A stretch of DNA of 64,000 nt, taken from positions 397,499-461,498 of the forward strand of contig JBLYPV010000001.1 in NCBI GenBank assembly GCA_048538215.1. Direction: 5' to 3'. The notes under the pieces were generated by a model that searched no databases, had not been told where the DNA came from, and was given only the letters and a program-made list of their open reading frames with translations. Positions within the stretch are counted from its first letter, which is position 1; every line of letters begins with the position of its first letter. Shown piece by piece: positions 19,797 through 26,967 of this stretch. The stretch is from Patescibacteria group bacterium. Lineage in GTDB: Bacteria > Patescibacteriota > Minisyncoccia > Phycocordibacterales > GCA-2747955. The position numbers and the translations under genes were made by a program.

Positions 19797-19868
19797 TCCC
19801 CCCACTAGGAATCGAACCTAGATCATAGGCTTAGAAGTCCCATGTTTTATCCATTAAACTATAGGGGG
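19797..19868 (-). tRNA. tRNA-Arg(TCT)
   Basis: Reverse complement CCCCCTATAGTTTAATGGATAAAAC...CTTCTAA...CTAGGTTCGATTCCTAGTGGGGGGA. Confidence 0.9.
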
Positions 19869-19910
19869 ATATGATGCGACCATTATACGAGTAGGAGAAA
19901 AAATCGCAAA

Positions 19911-20315
19911 TTATTTGCCTACATAGGCGAGCCAGGCTTGGTAGCCCCCCGCAAGTATTTTTACCTCTCTAAAGCCGAGCTCTTTGAGGAGGGGCACGAT
20001 CTGCGCTATATTTTTGCCATTGCGATCATAGATGAGATAGCGATTTTTGGGATTGAATGAGCCGAGCTCTGCTTCTAGGCTTGGCTCGTCTAGCGTAGTA
20101 CTGAGAGCGAAAGCCATAGAGCTGATGGTGCCTTGCTCCTGCTCTGTAGGAGTACGAAAATCAAGGAGGTGATATCCTTGGGCTTGTACTAGCCCTAGCT
20201 CCTCTGGAGATATATACTCGTATGATATATCTGCGGTATTGCTATAGACCAACAAGCCATAGAGTGATGCCCCGAGCACTACCATAACCAGACTTAATTG
20301 TTGTAAAAATTTCAT
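19911..20315 (-). CDS. rhodanese-like domain protein with N-terminal TM
   Basis: LLDFRT..E..GTI, LIYDRNG (Asp at the usual Cys position) and LAGGYQAW. Confidence 0.85.
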   Translation of the reverse strand: MKFLQQLSLVMVVLGASLYGLLVYSNTADISYEYISPEELGLVQAQGYHLLDFRTPTEQEQGTISSMAFALSTTLDEPSLEAELGSFNPKNRYLIYDRNGKNIAQIVPLLKELGFREVKILAGGYQAWLAYVGK

Positions 20316-20318
20316 ATG

Positions 20319-20978
20319 CTATTGATTGATTATTGCCATTGCAAGGTGGTAGACCTGACTGATTTGCTCCTCGGGGCTTAGATGAGTAGTGTCGATAGTG
20401 ATACCTACGCTTTTGCTTGAGAGCAAATTCTCTGCATCTGCTTGATCACGCGGAAGAATGATATTGTGTAGCATTTCTTCTATTTTTATTTCGCTCGTAT
20501 CACCTGATTCTAGCGCCCGCCTACGAGCTCGCTCGTAAGGATCGGCATCGAGATAAATCTTGAGCTCTGCTTTGGGAGCAATAATAGTGCTCGCATCTCG
20601 CCCATCGAGCACATAGCCTCCTCCTTGGATGATGCGCTGGCAGGTCTTTGTGACTTTTGCTCGTACCGCACTGATACGGGCAAAGACGCTAGCTACATAT
20701 TGATTGACCTCTCGAGTGCGCAAAAGACTATCAGCAACTACCTCGCCATTGAGGGTAACCTGCCAATCGGGAGTAATACCAAGCTCGATTTCTTTGAGGG
20801 CATTTTTTAATTCATCACCATCACTGGTGATCCCCCGCTCGAGACAATACCAGGTGATAGCACGATACATTGCTCCTGAATCAATATATACATAGCCCAA
20901 GATATGGGCAACTCCACGAGCGGTGGTGCCCTTGCCACTACCAGCTGGGCCATCAATGGTGATGATGATCGGCTTCAT
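20319..20978 (-). CDS. cmk: cytidylate kinase
   Basis: IDGPAGSGKGT, YIDSGAMYRA, VLDGRD and KIYLDA...RARRR. Confidence 0.95.
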   Translation of the reverse strand: MKPIIITIDGPAGSGKGTTARGVAHILGYVYIDSGAMYRAITWYCLERGITSDGDELKNALKEIELGITPDWQVTLNGEVVADSLLRTREVNQYVASVFARISAVRAKVTKTCQRIIQGGGYVLDGRDASTIIAPKAELKIYLDADPYERARRRALESGDTSEIKIEEMLHNIILPRDQADAENLLSSKSVGITIDTTHLSPEEQISQVYHLAMAIINQ

Positions 20979-21026
20979 TGTGCTATTGTATCACGCTCCT
21001 TTCGGGAACACATAATTATTAGCTCT

Positions 21027-21073
21027 GCAAGCAAGGGTAGTATTTAGTGTCAGGTGCAAATAAATACTACCCT
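21027..21073. repeat. dispersed palindromic repeat, copy 2
   Basis: AGGGTAGTATTTA-GTGTCAGGTGCAAA-TAAATACTACCCT has 13-bp perfect arms and matches 3657-3704. Confidence 0.8.
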
Positions 21074-21129
21074 AGAGGTATTGCTCAATTACTAAAAGAT
21101 TGTAAAATAATTATAAAGGAGGATCGAAA

Positions 21130-21468
21130 ATGCATATAAATATCGGGACGATCCTGAAGGCAGCACTTGTGGCTATTTTCTTGCCCACACTTGCAAGCCC
21201 CTACGGCTCACTTACCCATTGGAAAAGTGAGAGCCCAAAGGAAGAACAAAGGGAATTTATCCTGATGGCCAATGGGCGCTCATTCTTTTGCGTGAAGGCC
21301 CAATGGGTGGAGCTCGTGGGGACTTCCTTTCAAGCTTTCATCACTCGGGATGAGATAATCATCGTGCCGAATACCCTGGTGGGGATCTCCTCTAAGCCGG
21401 GGTATTCCTTTGTCTGCTACGAAGGGAAAAAAATGATCGGCGGATTTATTCCGAAGCTTGCCGATTGA
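21130..21468 (+). CDS. secreted hypothetical protein
   Basis: AAAGGAGGA SD, signal-peptide-like N-terminus, hairpin AATATGCCCGAGCGC..GCGCTCGGGCATATT downstream. Confidence 0.75.
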   Translation: MHINIGTILKAALVAIFLPTLASPYGSLTHWKSESPKEEQREFILMANGRSFFCVKAQWVELVGTSFQAFITRDEIIIVPNTLVGISSKPGYSFVCYEGKKMIGGFIPKLAD

Positions 21469-21596
21469 TAATCAATATGCCCGAGCGCGCTTGCGCGCTC
21501 GGGCATATTTTGATTTTGTTGCGTTTGAGGACAAAAAATATATAATATTGCCACATACAAGATACAATTATTTTGTATGAGGTATGATTACACATA

Positions 21597-21662
21597 GGTG
21601 ATTAGCTGGGGCTGGCTAGAGTAGTCCCCATTACAGATTAAAAATACCGGAAAGCTTTCCGG
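21597..21662 (+). repeat. degenerate copy of the tRNA-Val 5' half plus an anticodon-arm-derived palindrome
   Basis: GGTGATTAGCTggggcTGGCTAGAGtAGTCC versus tRNA GGTGATTAGCTcagtTGGCTAGAGcAGTCC, offset 101 bp; CCGGAAAGCTTTCCGG palindrome at 21647-21662. Confidence 0.8.
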
Positions 21663-21696
21663 GATATAAATGAGAGTAAGGTAGGCAATTATATAT

Positions 21697-21773
21697 GGGT
21701 GATTAGCTCAGTTGGCTAGAGCAGTCCGTTTACACCGGAAAGGTCGCAGGTTCAAGTCCTGCATCGCCCACCA
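21697..21773 (+). tRNA. tRNA-Val(TAC); its 3' end is the integration site
   Basis: GGGTGATTAGCTCAGTTGGCTAGAGC...TCCG-TTTACAC-CGGA...GCAGGTTCAAGTCCTGC-ATCGCCCACCA. Confidence 0.96.
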
Positions 21774-23313
21774 GAATTTGACTCGTTGGCTTTTGACCGA
21801 CGGATGCATGGGCGGCACGAAGTGCCGCCCATGCTGTTTGCCCTGATTTTTCCCCGTGAATGTGGTCGTCGCCTGCGGCGACGGCAAGGACTTTTCCGCC
21901 GAGGCGGAGGTTCGAGCCAAAGATTTCTTTGGCACAGACCTTTTTCACAAAAAGGTCTGCATCAGAAGCGATTGCGTCAAGACGTGAAGCGGCTTTTAGC
22001 CACTCTTGGAGCAGTTCGAGCCAATCTTCTGCCCTGCGTGAAAGAGAAGATATTTCTTCCTCAAGCGACTTCTTTTCGGAGAGCAGTTTGGCTTTCTCTT
22101 GACGATACGTAACGCGCTCAATATCCTGCTCTAAATAGCCGTCAAGAAGTCGCTGGAGTTTTTGCGAAATGGTTTGTATCTTTGCTTCTTTCTCTTTCAT
22201 GCGGGCAGACACCGACTGGGCGGAGTTCTTGTACTCGGCGATTGCCATGCGGTTCAGCTCCTCCGCCCAGTCGGTGGGCAAAGAAACTGATGTGATGAGT
22301 GATGATAACTGGCGATTCAATACTTTTTCTCGAACGGCAGACTCGGGACACTTCATGTCCTTTCGCTTCTTGGTGCAACGATAGTATGTGTACTCATGGA
22401 CATTGCCATTTTTCTGCCGTTTGAATTTATGCTCGCCAGTTATCATCATGCCGCAAGAAGCGCAGGAAATGAGTCCGCAAAACGGTTGCGGTTCGTTTTT
22501 GGACTTGCGGTCGGGTTGCCCACGACGCTTCAAAACTTCCTGCACTTCATCAAACAGTTTCTTTGCAATGATTGGCTCGTGCGCTCCTTCGTGTATCTCG
22601 CCAGCATATTTGAACAAACCAACATAGAACGGATTGGAGAGGATAAAAGCCGCTCGCGTCTTGGAGATTCTCTTTCCAGAACGCGTAGTGATATTGTGCT
22701 TCGCCAAAAAGATAGCCACATCTTCCAGCCGCATATCACCTTGTGCGTATTTCTCGAAAGCCAAGCGAATGACACGAGCAGATTTCTTTTCAACAACGAT
22801 GGTTTTTGTACGTGGGTCGTTTAAGTATCCGATTGGCGCTTGGCTTGGAAAGATACCCATACGGACTTTTTGGCGAAGTCCCCTTTTCGTGTTTTCGGAA
22901 AGAGAATCGACATAATATTTGCTTTGGACAAATGCCATCGACAACGTAAATTTTCCTTGCGGAGTATTTTCAAACCAGTGCGATGGGAATTTGAGGCTCG
23001 CAAGAGTACCGATGTCTAAAAAGTACACGATTTGTCCGCCGTCCACGGAATTGCGCGCAAGGCGATCGGGGTGCCAAGAAATGATGCCGTCTGCTTCACC
23101 ATTTTCTATTCGCCGCATCATTTCGCCAAAAATGGGACGGCCTGGAACTTTGGCGGTCTGTTTCTCCACAAACTCATCAACAATATGCAAACCTTCATTT
23201 TTGGCGAAAGTACGCAATTCCGTGACTTGAGCATCAATACTCAAGACTTGTTTGTCTTCAACATCGGTGCTCTTGCGAGCATACAAAAAGAATTTTTGCG
23301 GTGGCATAAGCAT
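21730..23313 (-). CDS. large serine recombinase (integrase)
   Basis: YARKST catalytic Ser, DRLARN, APIGY, HEPII, Zn ribbon CASCG..YYRC..C and a coiled coil; the last 12 residues are encoded antisense to tRNA-Val. Confidence 0.95.
   Translation of the reverse strand: MLMPPQKFFLYARKSTDVEDKQVLSIDAQVTELRTFAKNEGLHIVDEFVEKQTAKVPGRPIFGEMMRRIENGEADGIISWHPDRLARNSVDGGQIVYFLDIGTLASLKFPSHWFENTPQGKFTLSMAFVQSKYYVDSLSENTKRGLRQKVRMGIFPSQAPIGYLNDPRTKTIVVEKKSARVIRLAFEKYAQGDMRLEDVAIFLAKHNITTRSGKRISKTRAAFILSNPFYVGLFKYAGEIHEGAHEPIIAKKLFDEVQEVLKRRGQPDRKSKNEPQPFCGLISCASCGMMITGEHKFKRQKNGNVHEYTYYRCTKKRKDMKCPESAVREKVLNRQLSSLITSVSLPTDWAEELNRMAIAEYKNSAQSVSARMKEKEAKIQTISQKLQRLLDGYLEQDIERVTYRQEKAKLLSEKKSLEEEISSLSRRAEDWLELLQEWLKAASRLDAIASDADLFVKKVCAKEIFGSNLRLGGKVLAVAAGDDHIHGEKSGQTAWAALRAAHASVGQKPTSQILVGDAGLEPATFPV
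21769..21915 (+). repeat. attL-side arm (147 bp), inverted repeat of 23504-23650
   Basis: Read base by base as the reverse complement of 23504-23650. Confidence 0.95.
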
Positions 23314-23338
23314 TAAAAGTTAGATTGCTAAACGGCTA

Positions 23339-23436
23339 CTCAAAAAGCCGCCTTGGTGCAATCAATCTAGGCGAACCTAAACTGTCCAAGACGGCTTTTC
23401 GAGCCCGAACATTAAAAACCGCCCAGATTGATTGCA
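23339..23436 (-). promoter_or_regulatory. structured 5' leader of the integrase (two crossing helices)
   Basis: 23420-23436 pairs with 23357-23373 (17 bp) and 23386-23403 pairs with 23339-23356 (18 bp). All non-Watson-Crick pairs are G-U on the minus strand; TACAAT -10 box at 23442-23447. Confidence 0.7.
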
Positions 23437-23503
23437 ATACTATTGTAGCAAAAATACTTTTTGTATCCAAAGCAAATACTATGAACGCAATCGTCTTCTG
23501 ATG

Positions 23504-23879
23504 TCGAACCTCCGCCTCGGCGGAAAAGTCCTTGCCGTCGCCGCAGGCGACGACCACATTCACGGGGAAAAATCAGGGCAAACAGCATGGGCGGCACTTC
23601 GTGCCGCCCATGCATCCGTCGGTCAAAAGCCAACGAGTCAAATTCTGGTGTCTCTATTGTACCAAGCTCGAACTCATTTTGAACAGAACACCCGCCACGC
23701 GCCGCGCGCGTGGTGATGCAATGCCAAGTCGTACGCATTGGAGTACGCCTCGGCCCCGCCTTCACTCCGTTCCGGCGGGCGCACGCCCAAAATTTCCTTG
23801 CCACTTTTTACGGCTCCTCCCCACACCCCTCCGCCGCGAAGCGGAAAACAGAAAGGAAATTTTGGGGTGCGACGGCGCT
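23504..23879 (-). repeat. intact attP-like junction in inverted orientation
   Basis: Composed of rc(21769-21915) and rc(25638-25874) overlapping at the 3-bp core (GTG, 23648-23650). Confidence 0.9.
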
Positions 23880-23977
23880 ACCTTCAAACATGGTGTGGAT
23901 AAGACAAGTGAGAAAATATGCTATTCTTAAAGTCAAAGGTCGTCAGCACATTTATTCAAAATTAATTCTTCAAACTT

Positions 23978-25030
23978 ATGATTAACTTTATATCATTGAA
24001 CCGTAAAGAAATCTTTGTCGGTTTTGTAGTTGCTATTATTTTAGCAATAGCTAGTATTACTTTTGTTTTTGCACAGAGTGCAACCGCGGAGACATCTGCG
24101 CGAGCAAAAGTGGAATTTAATCATCCAGTCTCATTATCTGAATTTGCTACGCTTGTTAAGCAAAACGGAATAATACCAACCGAGTTGCATTATACACAAG
24201 GTGAAATTCAGGGAGGGTACACAGTAGAATTAGGTAAGAGTATTGATGAGGCTCTGGAAGATTTTGCTGAAAAACATGAAACATTCCTTGCACTAGCAAT
24301 TTCGAAGACGGAACAACAAATTAGGGAGGAAAAGGATGAGACCATAAGGCAACGCGCATTAGCATCACTAGAACAGTTGCGTAATGCGAAAATCAAAAAC
24401 GATAACGATGGCTTGAAAATTGATGCGATTGAAACAAATGATAAACAATCCCTCAAAGCATTAGAGCAAACCGATCTTATCAAACAAATAGTGCCTCTGC
24501 AAAAAATAAGCCATAAGATTGGAGCACGAGTAACCAAAGCGTTAGACTCTGCCAAAAGAGCACTGATAGATGTTGTCTATGCAGGTGAATCTTGGGCGCC
24601 GTACGGTGGAGGATCTGATGTACAATACACCTATACTTACCAGACATTTTACTTCGATTACATAGGTGATTACGACAGCGATGACACCTATGAACACGAA
24701 ACGCAGGTGTATGACAACGACTTCGCCGATTATGATAATTACTGGAGTAGTAATATGCCCAATGCGTACAAGGACACTCAATTCCTTGATGATATTGACA
24801 ACTTCACAGTTGGAACATTCACCGCGTCATCGTTGAGCACATACTATCAGTACTACACCTACATGGCTCTTGAACATGAAACAGCAAACAGCGCGACTGT
24901 AAGAATTAAGGGACAAAAAGGTCATCGTTATCCCAGTTGGTGCTACTCGACATGGTGTGTATTCGCTGACGCAACCACAGGCTCAATGGCTGTATTCACA
25001 GCACCGGCGGGCATGAGTTGGCAATACTAA
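23978..25030 (+). CDS. secreted cargo protein with Tyr/Asp/Thr-rich C-terminal domain
   Basis: Signal peptide ending VFA, helical middle region, compositionally distinct C-terminal ~150 aa with a WCYSTWC pair. Confidence 0.8.
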   Translation: MINFISLNRKEIFVGFVVAIILAIASITFVFAQSATAETSARAKVEFNHPVSLSEFATLVKQNGIIPTELHYTQGEIQGGYTVELGKSIDEALEDFAEKHETFLALAISKTEQQIREEKDETIRQRALASLEQLRNAKIKNDNDGLKIDAIETNDKQSLKALEQTDLIKQIVPLQKISHKIGARVTKALDSAKRALIDVVYAGESWAPYGGGSDVQYTYTYQTFYFDYIGDYDSDDTYEHETQVYDNDFADYDNYWSSNMPNAYKDTQFLDDIDNFTVGTFTASSLSTYYQYYTYMALEHETANSATVRIKGQKGHRYPSWCYSTWCVFADATTGSMAVFTAPAGMSWQY

Positions 25031-25046
25031 ATTTTACTAGCTTCAA

Positions 25047-25081
25047 AACACAAAAAAATCGCTTAGCGGTTTTTTTGTGTT
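25047..25081 (+). terminator. intrinsic terminator
   Basis: AACACAAAAAAATCGC-TTA-GCGGTTTTTTTGTGTT. Confidence 0.75.
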
Positions 25082-25120
25082 CGTTTTGTCTTAATTTGTT
25101 TAGACTGTTATAATTTACAT

Positions 25121-25345
25121 ATGATAGTTATTTTACGCTCCATTGGAGTACTGTTTATTCTATGTCCATTTTTTTTATATTGGCTAATTCACGGCGATTA
25201 CAATCGTTATTTATGGATTATAAACGGTCCTTTTCCATTCAGCCATTTCGGGAGCGGTCCTTTTCAACTTTCTGTTTTTGGTGGATTATTTTTAGTTGGC
25301 ATTTTATTTATAATAGGCTCCTTTTTTGTAAAAACTAAAAAGTGA
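25121..25345 (+). CDS. small two-TM membrane protein (cargo)
   Basis: 74 aa, two hydrophobic segments, basic tail; TATAAT just upstream. Confidence 0.7.
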   Translation: MIVILRSIGVLFILCPFFLYWLIHGDYNRYLWIINGPFPFSHFGSGPFQLSVFGGLFLVGILFIIGSFFVKTKK

Positions 25346-25637
25346 TTATTAATAGCATATTGTGGATAGCAACTTAGAGTGTTTACGAATGTATGGTTTT
25401 TACGAAACGCAAATTTTTTGAATGCCGTGGACTTGACCGAAACCACCAAGCGAACACGCGCAACACCGAGCAGGCCACACGAACGAATGTGAGCGGCCAG
25501 TGCGAGGTGCTTGCGAAGTGTGAGCGGACACAGAATTACCACACGCTCTCGCTATGCGAGCCTCGGCACGGCGCAAAGGACAAAGAAAGCGAAGCTTGGG
25601 AATTGTTAATGACCTTGCGGAGCTTTTGGAGGACTGA

Positions 25638-25874
25638 AGCGCCGTCGCACCCCAAAATTTCCTTTCCTTTCTGTTTTCCGCTTCGCGGCGGAGGGGTGTG
25701 GGGAGGAGCCGTAAAAAGTGGCAAGGAAATTTTGGGCGTGCGCCCGCCGGAACGGAGTGAAGGCGGGGCCGAGGCGTACTCCAATGCGTACGACTTGGCA
25801 TTGCATCACCACGCGCGCGGCGCGTGGCGGGTGTTCTGTTCAAAATGAGTTCGAGCTTGGTACAATAGAGACAC
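25638..25874 (+). repeat. attR-side arm (237 bp), inverted repeat of 23648-23879
   Basis: Reverse complement of 23648-23879 apart from a 5-bp TTCCT duplication. Confidence 0.95.
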
Positions 25875-25904
25875 AAATAAAAATCCCGCTAGGGATTTTT
25901 ATTT
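25875..25904 (+). terminator. displaced original tRNA-Val terminator
   Basis: AAATAAAAATCCC-GCTA-GGGATTTTTATTT begins immediately after the attR core. Confidence 0.75.
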
Positions 25905-25957
25905 GGGGTGATGAAAAGCAGCATTGATGCTGCTTTGTCAGGACTTGCATGTTAATA

Positions 25958-26290
25958 CTATTGACCTAGCTCTAAATCCCAAACATAGGGAGTGACTCTC
26001 GTGCTACGAACAAACTGATCAATCTCTGACTGGGCGACCACTCCCCGAGAACGAAGAGCGACGAGTAACTGATAGATAATATGCTCAGTGACAACATTGG
26101 CGAATAGCGCCTCAGGTAAATATACTGATGAGCCATCGACTACAATGAATGCTTTGTCAGTAACACCCAACTCTTCTATCGCCTGTATGCACATGCTGTA
26201 TAGCTGTGTATCAAAAGCCTTGAGAAAAACCAAACACCCCTGGATGATTTGCTGGTATTGAGTATTGTCAGTGTGTATTTGCATAATCAT
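25958..26290 (-). CDS. hypothetical protein
   Basis: 110 aa ORF overlapping the end of the HExxH gene, suggesting translational coupling. Confidence 0.65.
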   Translation of the reverse strand: MIMQIHTDNTQYQQIIQGCLVFLKAFDTQLYSMCIQAIEELGVTDKAFIVVDGSSVYLPEALFANVVTEHIIYQLLVALRSRGVVAQSEIDQFVRSTRVTPYVWDLELGQ

Positions 26291-26819
26291 TAAAATATTG
26301 CTCTTTGAGCTGTGTATGACGACTCATATCGACCTCTTGCTCGAGGAGCGACTCACTACTCGCCTTGTCTGTACTTTCTACTTGTTGCAGAAAATCTATA
26401 AAAGATACTTTGCGACTCGCTATGTAATCTCGAAAGTAGTATGCACCCACTGTCTCGAGAAAAGCTATTTCATTATTGTAAGCACGTTCTTCGGCAAGTA
26501 TCTGGTCGCGATACTCTTCTGGATTTTCTTGGTAGTGTGCCAAGTGCGTAGCTTCGTGGATAAGACTCGCGGCCAGATAGCTCAGCGTGGTGGTATCGGC
26601 AATAAGCTGTACGATGGTATTACTATCTACAAAGGCTGCTCCACCTGCTCCGCCTGCCGATTCTTCACCTACGACGATATGCTCGGCGGCCCCGAGAATT
26701 TTTGAATATTTGCTATCAAGCTTTTCGGCGAGCTCAAGTGCACACACTACAAAATCTAAATCATCTTCGCGAGTGGCTGCGATGTGCATATGTTTATACT
26801 CTGCTTGATACAACTTCAT
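26268..26819 (-). CDS. HExxH-motif protein (putative metallopeptidase or peptide-modifying enzyme)
   Basis: LAASLIHEATH followed by EERAY..EIAFL. Confidence 0.75.
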   Translation of the reverse strand: MKLYQAEYKHMHIAATREDDLDFVVCALELAEKLDSKYSKILGAAEHIVVGEESAGGAGGAAFVDSNTIVQLIADTTTLSYLAASLIHEATHLAHYQENPEEYRDQILAEERAYNNEIAFLETVGAYYFRDYIASRKVSFIDFLQQVESTDKASSESLLEQEVDMSRHTQLKEQYFNDYANTH

Positions 26820-26883
26820 GAATGTATTGTACTACAAGAGGGCACAACTTTCGCTGTGCCCTCGATTTTCTCGATTCGACCTC

Positions 26884-26967
26884 TTATTGACCCGGCCGAG
26901 GGCCATTGGGGTTGCCCGGCACATTGGGTGCCGATTGGCCCGGATAAGGACCCGGTTTGTCGCCCAT
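26884..26967 (-). CDS. 27-aa Pro/Gly-rich peptide (absent from the ORF track)
   Basis: MGDKPGPYPGQSAPNVPGNPNGPRPGQ, preceded by AGGAAGGAGGTGA SD at normal spacing; GC-rich island in AT-rich DNA. Confidence 0.7.
   Translation of the reverse strand: MGDKPGPYPGQSAPNVPGNPNGPRPGQ

Larger units (their letters stand above)
21769..25874. mobile_element. ~4.1 kb serine-integrase element inserted at the tRNA-Val 3' end, with an internal inverted attP
   Basis: attL CATCGCC-CAC-CAGAATTTG and attR AATAGAGA-CAC-AAATAAAAAT. Joining the outer flanks restores tRNA plus terminator; the joined inner flanks (attP) occur intact and inverted at 23504-23879. Confidence 0.88.

Noticed and set aside
23336-23985. 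Several overlapping ORFs (75-132 aa) across the internal inverted repeat
   Set aside because: They are by-products of GC-rich repeat sequence. Only the frame of 23432-23716 matters, as the alternative integrase tail, not as an independent gene.
25393-25927. ORFs of 68-158 aa over the attR arm as a possible directionality factor
   Set aside because: They overlap the hairpin-rich repeat, the 5-bp indel between copies shifts their frames, and none has a recognisable motif.
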